The translations under genes were made by a program, and so were the position numbers. The notes under the pieces were generated by a model. The model searched no databases, had not been told where the DNA came from, and saw nothing but the letters and a program-made list of their open reading frames with translations. A stretch of DNA of 64,000 bases from Tubiluchus corallicola (Eukaryota > Animalia > Priapulida), in contig JAQGDQ010000053.1 in NCBI GenBank assembly GCA_030141605.1, positions 310,001 to 374,000 on the forward strand, given 5' to 3'. Positions 55,045 through 64,000 of this stretch are shown in pieces (the first letter of the stretch is position 1; each line of letters begins with the position of its first letter).

Positions 55045-56519
55045 TTTGTCTGTGCAATAATGTATTTGTTTGTGCTAATTCTGGCTTTGCTATAAATAGT
55101 GAGTTCTTTATTCTGTCTAGTGACTTGGAAACTAATTCAGTTTGCGGCATGTGCAGTCATATCCGGGAATACACTTCAGCTTACAATGAACGTACAATGA
55201 TTTTATCATGTCCCTGTCAAGCTTGTAATAAAACCTATGTATTTTTGTATTTTGTAATCACATAATTTTTATGTTAGTATGAAACTCATTACGCCAATAC
55301 CGTGTTTTGAACCGTATTTCCCAAAATCTTCTCAGTAAAAGTTTAATACTAAAGAAACACTTGTAATATGATTTCTTCTGCCGTCTGTCCCATCTAGACA
55401 CTCTTCACGCGCTGCTATAGTGACCATAGCTTATTGATTGTTGTTGAGTCAAGTTGTTGATTTCCGAAGAACCTTCGGCTTCCACTTTGATAAAAATTTG
55501 CCATTATAATTTAAGTGACCTGTATTTGTTACTGCCTGTCTACCTATCTGTAAACTGCTGTCTGGGTACCTCACTTACAGGTATCCATTTATAATATCTA
55601 AGCAGTGAAAAACAATATCCCACTTGCAGACTCTCTAGCACCGTTAACTCTCTTGTATGAAGGCTTCTAGACTGACTGATAGCGTGTTGATGTTAAATTG
55701 ATATAAAACTTAAATTATGTTCACTTATCAAAAGAAAACCGGTGTAGCAATTACAGATGTCAATTAGTCATTGTTGTACATTAGAAATACACTAAATTAT
55801 GAGTTAACAAAAATGTGCTTAATGGATAGTATGAAGTACGGTTACAAATATATTCAGCGCTTGAAAATTGTATTAACGGCCTTCGGCTGCAGTTATTATT
55901 TGTAACTGTAACAGCAATTGTTAATATCAATAATTGGTACATTTAGAAAAAATAATGATAAAGAAAGGAAAAAGATCTGTAATTGTGATTTCATTATTGT
56001 TTTTTTATTACTTTATTGGGTTGCATTGTGGTAAGAAGTAGTGTATTTAATAGTTATTAGTATTGTTGAATGTCTTAGGTACTGAAGTGATTAAATAATA
56101 TAACTGAGCAGAAAAAATAGTGATAAAATATTAGTGCCGTTTGTAGATGATTAATTTTAACCAGGAGTAGCCAACGTAAGATAATGCAATAATTTTTAAT
56201 GGTTTCAGTATTACTAAGAATAGGATTGTTGTTCTTACAGAAGAAGAATGAAAACTATAGTCATTTGATTATATGCTGCAAGTAGTTAAAAAATTGTCAC
56301 AAAAATGTGACGCTGTAGTTGGTCCCAGTCATTCCATTAGCTGCATAAACTTGGTTCAGTCAATTGTAAAAGTGGATTAGTCTTCAACTCTTCATAACGT
56401 GCTAGTAATACAATGAATACAATGAAACTAATTTTCAGTAATTGTTAAGTTTGCCTTGAGATTAGTCGATCGTTTTAATTGCTTTTGTCCTCGTTTAGAG
56501 TACCAGAAGTGTACTCTGT

Positions 56520-56822
56520 TTAGTATTAGACTCAAATCGGTTCGAGACCACTCTTGCTCGTTTAACGACAAACTGCGCGCAGATGTTGCTCATCGCGTCT
56601 GCTGAATGCACCAACAGTTATAGAACTCGTCAAAAATTTGACAAAACGGACGAAAAAATAACATGGTCGTTTACGTTTAGAAGCTTTCCGTGAATTGTTT
56701 TAGCTGCAAAAACGTTATAAGTGAACGAGGAGGAGGTGAAAACTTTAATGGAAAATAACATGATTTTACGATTATCCTGAAACGAACATGGCTTCAGCAA
56801 ACAAACTAAATTACATGTAATA
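56520..56822 (+). promoter_or_regulatory. Putative promoter / 5'UTR of the TTC39 gene
   Basis: CpG-enriched patch immediately upstream of the first coding exon; contains two short uORFs (56748-56780, 56788-56820). Confidence 0.5.
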
Positions 56823-58871
56823 ATGCTGCCGTCAACATCGTGTATAGAAAATGTCACAGATGAAGAAGATGAGGTAATACCACCGTGGGTAAAACTAACA
56901 GTAATAGCAGTCAAACGACTCAAGCGCGTTTACACTGCCTAGTTTGGGGCTGTAGGATACAGTAAGAAAGTATCCGTTTTAACGACCTGTATTGAATTTC
57001 GTTTAGACATATCACAAGACAGTCACAGTCTGGTCACTGTCAGTCAGACAAATATACACACTATTAAATCAATCATTTATGAAGTAGCCAAATAATACAT
57101 ATTTTTTTAATCATCTTTATCGTTTTAGTTGTGCACTGACATTTTAAATTAGAATTTTTGTCTATGTTTTCATTATTTTTAAGTAGGACTCTCATGTTTA
57201 GTAAGTTTACACAATGCTAAACTTTACATGATGATTGCTAAACGAAACCATTCTGTTTACAGGATATAATTAAATGTTTGTGTGTGGGGGAGGGAGATAC
57301 AAATTACTGTCTGGGTCAAAGAAATATAGTCAGTACATGTCACAATTAATTCACAATTAATTAAAGTGATTTGGAAATGATAATTACATTATTACATTCA
57401 CTTTTATCTGTATGTTCTAGTTTCACATGCAGTGTTTAGTGACTCTAATTACTCTTAACATCTATGGACACTATAATTATCACCACCGTGGCTGGACGAT
57501 TAGCAGTGGGTTACAGAACCCTGATATATGGGAAACACTATTATAATTACCAGCAATGTGGTTCAATTTGTTTTGCTTTTCTGTCATTCTGTTACATCTA
57601 ACTTTGATCTAATTGTTACGAATGCCTGTTAAATTGCTGCTTTGACATTTATCTAAGTAATTCAAATTTATTTAGTATAGATTACTTGTAGTCATCGACT
57701 TATGACCTGTGCAACAAACTGTTCGACTTTACGACCCAACCACAACTTAGTTGATTAAACAAAACTAATAATAATTTGTATTTCTTTTGGTGGCACCATA
57801 TTTAGTGCCAGAGAGGCATGCCATTTAAACATTCGGGTCTGATTTGCATCTGAGTCGTCTTGCGATTAATCAGCCTGAACCAGTTGTGGTTGTAAGTTAA
57901 CGACTAACTGCAGAAAATCTCGAAAATCTCTTAATGTGTATGGAAATAAATAAAAAAATATTTAGGATCAGCCCAGCAACGATGACATTCAGAAAAACTG
58001 CATTGAAACCTTTCTAATGTTCAGTATTTCACTTTATTTTAGGAATTTCAAGATGCATTAGAGTCACTCCCAATGTAAGTTTTTAACTTGGTGCACTATT
58101 TTAATAATATTGTACTTAAGTAACAGTTATTGCTATTGAAAAGATCTTGTTTAATATTGTTTAATATTGCCCTTTTAAAGCCTGGATTATTCAGAACATG
58201 GAATTTCATGCAACTTGTTGTATAAATTTCTGCTGTGGATGGTTAAGTGTGTTTTACGGAATAGAAAATGGAAACATCACTTTCCATACAGATTTCTATA
58301 CTATTTGTCTCTTGAGCCTTGAGGGAAACATTTCAGTGATCTGTGCGATCTTTAGTGCTCAACCAACTAGTCAGTACGCTGGATCCTTACATCTTCAGAT
58401 AATTAATTGAGTTGTTTTGCTTAAATGTAACAGGGCTAAACTTTACTGATATAACTTTGACTCTATTGGTAACTGTTTATAGATGTTAGTCAGTAAAATA
58501 AGGTAATAGTACAGGTAAATAAGACACGTGTACGTTCATCTTCCATTATTTCTCACATGTTTTTTGTCTGTGAAGAAACACTAGTAAATACTAAATAATA
58601 GTATAACTTACTAGTATTGTGAATGTGTTTCTAACTTTGTACTTAGTCTATTACTCAAGTGTGTCAAAAGAAATGTGTTGTAATCTTTCCTGGAAGAAAG
58701 TTTTTCTAAATTCACACTAAATTCACATATGAAAGAACTCTGGTGCCATTTTATAAATTGCTGTTAACTTGTAAAATTAATTACTAACTGTTCTAATGTT
58801 TTGATTATCGAAAATTACGAAAACTTTGTATAGTTATTTAGAAATTTTAGCAATTTCGTTATTTACTTCTG

Positions 58872-58925
<54 letters not shown>

Positions 58926-61900
58926 GTTCACTTCTTCTCTCATGTCTTGTCAAAATCACTCTCTCTTTCTACTCCTCTTTCTCTCATCCTCTCCTTCTCC
59001 TTCTTTATTTCTTCTATTTGCAAACTTCCTGCAAACAAACCAAATCATGCACTTTTTAATCCACTTGATGAGTTAATTTTTTTGCGTGGGGATTTAGCCC
59101 TTTATGTAAATGTGTAGATAAACTTTGTGTTGTGTGCCTTTTAAAACCATATTACACACCAAACTTGTCTATAGTATAGTACAGTAAGTTGTAAATCTTA
59201 TACTGTAGTATCGAAATTGTTGCTGTTGCAGTGTTTGGTCTTGAACCTGCTAGTCAAAGTCAAGACAACATTTGTTCGTCACACTCGTTCATCCACTTGC
59301 AGAAGTTTGATCACCTAACCCCTTGACATTTTTTTACAATTGCATTTTTATTATTGTTATGGCGACATAGTTTTGAGTTATCGCATCTCATGACTTTTGA
59401 CCACCCACTCTCAGTCACTGATTACCTCACCTAAGTCACTTCTGTAACTGGTACAATAAGTTGCATTTATTTGCCGACCTGATTGACTTTGCAGTTTTGG
59501 AATCATGCGTCTTTGTCACTTGAAGTTTGAACCACCCATTCACTCTCTACATACCCAATCTGTGTCCCTCCATCTTGTGTCATAAGGTGTATAACTTTAG
59601 TTGTTCATGTCTTTGCATTTTTGACATAATGGCATAGATGATTGAGTTGCAGAGACTAACTTTTTTACAGCGCAGATCATTCATATTAATTTTATTAAAG
59701 GCTTACTGGGCAATTCCACTGGTCAATATGTCAACCTGTACACCGAAATTTTGAAATTATTCTACAAAGTTGTTTGTGTATTAATTGTGTAGATGGTGTC
59801 ACCTAGTTTTGAAGAAAAATACTTTTGATACAAAATAAACGCTTTTAGATTAAAATATAACCTTGAATATAGAAGCTTGTAATCTGCTCGCGAGACATGC
59901 AAATTTGATACTGATTTTGCTTTTTCATATTCATATTAATCATTCTTAAGTCATTCTTAAGTCATATTCATATTCATTTTCATAAGTCATTCTTCATATC
60001 ATAATCATATTCATAAGTCATTCTTCATATTAATTCTTTAAGTGTACTACATAGATTTTTCAGTGTGGTGTAAAGTGTTGCCTTGGATGTTTTCTCTTTT
60101 GCGTGCTACTTGGGGACCTATTGTTGTGGTATGTCCGACACCAAAAATTAGCATTTACTGTTCTCACAGCAATGTGATTTGGTCTCAGTACCTACAGTTT
60201 AAAATACAATACATACTTCATGTCTGCAGCACATATACATCGCTACGTGACACTAAATGATTATTTGTATAGTAGAAGTACTGCTGATTATAATGTATGT
60301 TCGACACTACGTACATCCGACACCATGTACGTCCAACGCCAAACTGGTACACATTGGCCCACAGACAGCCCTAGTATTAACAAAACACAATTGCATTGTG
60401 GGACGACTGACTTTGAAGGAAAAGCAAAGCATTGTGTGAAGTCAAACTTATTTCAATATTCGCGGAAATGTTGGAAGGCTAACCTAATCTTCATGTAAAA
60501 ATATCACAAAATTCGTTATCTTATTGTTCGTAAAAATTTATTACAGCTTTAATGCAACTAGACTACTGGTGTGCTGCTTTTCTTGAGTCAATAAAATATA
60601 TCATTGGTGGAGGAATGGTTGTTCAAAATTGGAGCACCCAAATGTCAAATGATCACCAGTGATTTTACTAATTACACCTGGCGCTTATAACACTTATATT
60701 ACTAAATCTTTCTAACATTTTTTGCAAATTCAACTGATTTTGCCAGAAGGGTTAGCCTCTCCTTTAAGGTCAGGTGGCCCATAATGCAACTGTGCTTCAC
60801 CCATAATAGGGCTGTCTGTGGGCAAATGCGTGCTAGAAGGCTTGGCCTTTCCTTTAAAGTCAGGTGTCCCATAATGCAACTATGCTTCATCCATAATAGG
60901 GCTGTCTGTGGGCAAATGCCTACTAGAAGGCTTGGCCATCCCTTTATGGTCAGGTGCCCCATAATGCAACTATGCTTCACCCATAATAGGGCTGCCTGTG
61001 GACAAATGTGTACTAGTTTGGTGTCAGATGTACCCACTGTCGGACATACATTCTAATCGATCTTTCTGTTATAAATATCATTATCAGCTAATGTCATGTA
61101 TCCAGGTGTATGTGTTGCAGACATGAAGTATGCATTATATTTTAGACTGTAGGTACTGGGCCCCAATCGTATTCCTATGATAAGAATAATGTTGATTTTC
61201 GGTGGAAGACATACCACAATCATTGAATCACATTTTCTTAAAACGAATACACAAGAAAAACCACCCAGGGCAACACTGCACTGAAAAGTTTGTATATTGG
61301 ACTTAAGGAACTAACATGTACAGTGACATTTGCATTTTTTTGCAATGAAATATTTTTTTTGTAACCAGCGCAGGCTTATATAGTCATTATAATGACAGTC
61401 TGAAAAGTTCATTATTGAGTATGACTTTTACCTTTTTGATTACTTTGATTTAATTTGCTTTAGTCTTACACATACACACATTTGTGAAAAAACCTTGCTT
61501 ACAAAACATCTGGTTTTTATTTAGTTTTCGAAAAAATGTACGTCTGACACCAAACAAAAACCAAACAAACAATTTTATAAAACTATTTCACAAATTGCAA
61601 TCACAAAGAGACTAATATAGCTTGAACTTATAGAAGGCACTGCCTTTTGTATATAAGACCTACAATACTCAATAATCATTATATGGAAAAACAGCGTCCG
61701 AAATGTACACCCGATATCTTGGAATTGCCCTGCTGTTAACCCTGAGGTACAGCATTCTGCACATAACCGGCTTGGGGCTGCAGTTTACATGCAGGATCTT
61801 TGGAGAAGGAGAACCTGCAATACCACTGGTGACCTATTTTTGGTCTCTGATCAATACATCATCATTGATAAATTCTCATCAGTGCACCATCATGTGATAG

Positions 61901-63813
61901 ACAATTGGTTTTCTACATTGACTAGTCTCTAGTGATTGCTTTGCTTATACTCCTCAATCCTTGTATTGATTTTACTGCAGCTAGAAGCTGAACTTCGTGT
62001 ATCACATTTCATAAGTTATAGAATTGGTACCAGTTTCTACGTTATTGACTTGTTGATGTCATCATGCATGCCATGTTGGAAGAAAATGCCTGGTAAGTGT
62101 GATGCCAAGAATTTGGATTTGGCAAAGCCATTATGCATTTTTGGGTTAATAAGTTGTTGGCTGGACCAGCATGATTGGGTGGTAGCTTTTTCACTTCTCT
62201 GGCTTGCTTGGCATTGTGCCATAATTATGCTGCTGTTTTCGAGCTGTTGCTTATGCAGTATGCAAGGTGAATATTTTTGTCTGGTTGGCATTAAATAAAA
62301 GGTTCTTGCATTGTAAATGTGCTTACTGAAGCCTGAGAATTTTCCTGCTTATGTCAAGCAAGTTAAAATATTATCTAGAAGTGTGTCATGTGCATGGCCT
62401 TTTCTGCTGTGTTGGTTTCTTTTAGGCTTTATTATGTTTTAATCGAGGAAATGTTGTTATATTGTTATATTTCAGTAATTACTTTAGAGCCACTTCACAC
62501 TGAAGACGTTGCAAAAGAAAAACATTGGTTTCTATAATGCATTTGAGACACCTCCCTCCTTCATACTGTGCGTTTTCTTGTGGAGGACGCCTGTTACAAG
62601 CTATGCATTGTCTTTGTGGGGAATATTTCCACGTGGTAGAAATGGGACATGTTCCATTTTTGTGAATATTCCTTACAAAATTTACATTAAAAATTAACTG
62701 TTTAATTACAGTGTACTTTTTCTTGTTTAGCATACAACAATTAACTCCTTTCAGTATAAAAATCATAAATTTTCAGCCAACGTTTTATCATATAGACAGT
62801 TCTTTGTTTTATTTAAAGGAAGACTGGACAATTGTTTAGACTCAATCTCATTTTCAATTACTGTCCAAAATATACATTTTCTTGCCTATAAAAGTTATCA
62901 ATTGTTTCTAATAGAAAGTTAATTAACGGCGTTTGCGTAAGTGTTACTGCTTAAAGGCGTGGTGTCATGAAAATGGGGTCTACGTCATATGGCGCCTTCT
63001 ATTTGTCAGCCACGTGAAGGTGACAAAAAGGCACTGCTGCCAATCTTGGTACATTCACTGAGCCGCGCGTTGCGTTAAAAGTTTAACAAAAGTTGAGTAT
63101 CCGAGGTAATTATTATTTAATCTAAGCTTTGATTTAAAAAAAGCTATTGTAGTTTTCATTGTTTTAGAGCATTCTTTATTCTGAACTAATACTTACACAA
63201 TCATCCGGTTTTCTTTTAAGGAACAGTGACAGTTATATATATTTTTTTAAAAAACTATTAAATTTCTAAAAATTTCAGCTTGCTAAAAGGCACTAGATGC
63301 TAGAGCTAGCTGGTTGTGCATAAAAAACGTTTAAATTATGTGCAGTTTTGTTAGGAAATGAACATTTTTAGTGCGTAGATCATTAAGAATAAATTGTCTT
63401 TTTCTGATTTCATGAGAGTAATTCCCTGTGTCTTTTCCTTTAAATCCCCTATGTGAAATGGACCTTTGATATCCGGTAAACTAGCTTACAGTGTCTTGCA
63501 TTTTACGATGTCACGTTAAGATTTACACCCGCTCTACTCTATTTCATTTTCAAATGTTGGACAGTTGAATATAATGCAAAAATTTTACAGATTAGCCAGT
63601 TACACAGATTTATATGATCACTTACAGTGATGTATTAATTTACTAGATGGTACTAGATGCCACTAGATGCTACATTTATAATATTATAATGATTTCATTT
63701 ATTTCTAGTCCTAGTGAGATGGACCTAGCGACATCCATTGAGGAGACAGTCATAGCGTTGAATCTCTTTCTCAATAATCATTTTGATGAAGCCAGACAGA
63801 AAGTGAAACCATG
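56823..63813 (+). CDS. TTC39B: Tetratricopeptide repeat protein 39 (TTC39A/B-like), first three coding exons, continues beyond the right edge
   Basis: Exons 56823-56873, 58043-58074 and 63709-63813 join in phase to give MLPSTSCIENVTDEEDE-EFQDALESLPI-PSEMDLATSIEETVIALNLFLNNHFDEARQKVKPW. This resembles the recalled TTC39B N-terminus (EDVFEDALETI ... DLKSGLEECAVALNLFLSNKFTDALELLRPW). The exons are too short for the ORF track. Confidence 0.82.
58878..58920. repeat. (CT)n microsatellite
   Basis: Direct run of CT dinucleotides followed by a pyrimidine-rich tract. Confidence 0.95.
59920..60036. repeat. Degenerate short tandem repeat (TCATATTCA / TCATTCTTAAG units)
   Basis: Repeated TCATATTCAT and AAGTCATTCTT motifs. 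Confidence 0.7.
60042..61302. mobile_element. TTAA-flanked element with long diverged inverted arms and an internal 90-bp x3 tandem array
   Basis: 60042-60430 is the reverse complement (diverged) of about 60900-61302, e.g. CAGTACCTACAGT/ACTGTAGGTACTG and ATACTTCATGTCTGCA/TGCAGACATGAAGTAT. TTAA lies at 60038-60041 and 61303-61306. Confidence 0.75.
60745..61010 (+). repeat. 90-bp minisatellite, three copies
   Basis: ATAATGCAAC at 60781, 60871 and 60961; CCATAATAGGGCTG recurs with the same period. Confidence 0.9.
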
Positions 63814-64000
63814 GTAATAATTTGTTATTGCAGTTGTTTCTTTGAGCAATTCTTTTTGCAAATAATGTATGTTGGAAAATTACAGGTCAGCTGTGCATTA
63901 TTGCCTTAAAGGGGAATATCATGAAAATCAAGTTAAACTTATTTTATAGTTGCCTTCTCCGTGAACAACTTGGCGAAACTTTTTTAGCAGTACGTTGTCT

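Noticed and set aside
52996-55150. Antisense and alternate-frame ORFs over EXOC8 (and similar ones over BRWD exons and the LINE)
   Set aside because: Short shadow ORFs of real coding sequence with no independent signal.
56535-56560. B-box-like GGTTCGAGACC suggesting a tRNA or SINE
   Set aside because: No cloverleaf or properly spaced A-box was recognisable.
60702-61056. Repeat-containing ORFs on both strands, with a superficially CRISPR-like or zinc-finger-like periodicity
   Set aside because: These are translations of a 90-bp tandem array with no unique spacers, in a eukaryotic intron, with no cas genes and no C2H2 spacing.
61700-62300. GC-richer intronic stretch with short ORFs on both strands
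   Set aside because: No recognisable domain or splice pattern; probably a decayed repeat, but I could not support a call.

Overview
AT-rich, intron-rich animal (invertebrate-type) genomic window; the species cannot be determined from the sequence alone. It holds five protein-coding genes. A 29+-exon BRWD/PHIP-family WD40-bromodomain gene lies on the minus strand (ATG at 18707, running off the left edge). Diverging from it on the plus strand are a single-coding-exon ZDHHC3/7-like palmitoyltransferase (25850-26728), a 7-coding-exon DHDDS cis-prenyltransferase (28175-38956), a single-coding-exon EXOC8 (52948-55044) and the first three exons of a TTC39-family gene (from 56823, running off the right edge). 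Introns and intergenic DNA carry several non-LTR retrotransposons (one near-intact PHD-endonuclease-RT element and one decayed element with a 2A-like GDIELNPGP motif), TA- and TTAA-flanked non-autonomous DNA elements, and young 3x tandem duplications. The most interesting observations are: (i) ZDHHC3 and DHDDS may share one promoter or leader; (ii) 8-codon uORFs whose stop overlaps the start (ATGA) occur with identical 23-nt spacing in ZDHHC3 and EXOC8; (iii) a DHDDS splice acceptor is triplicated; (iv) a 2A-PHD-APE LINE is present; (v) an FFAT-like motif sits on a TTC39 microexon. All gene models were assembled by eye and are not checked against databases or transcripts. No CRISPR array, rRNA or tRNA could be supported.
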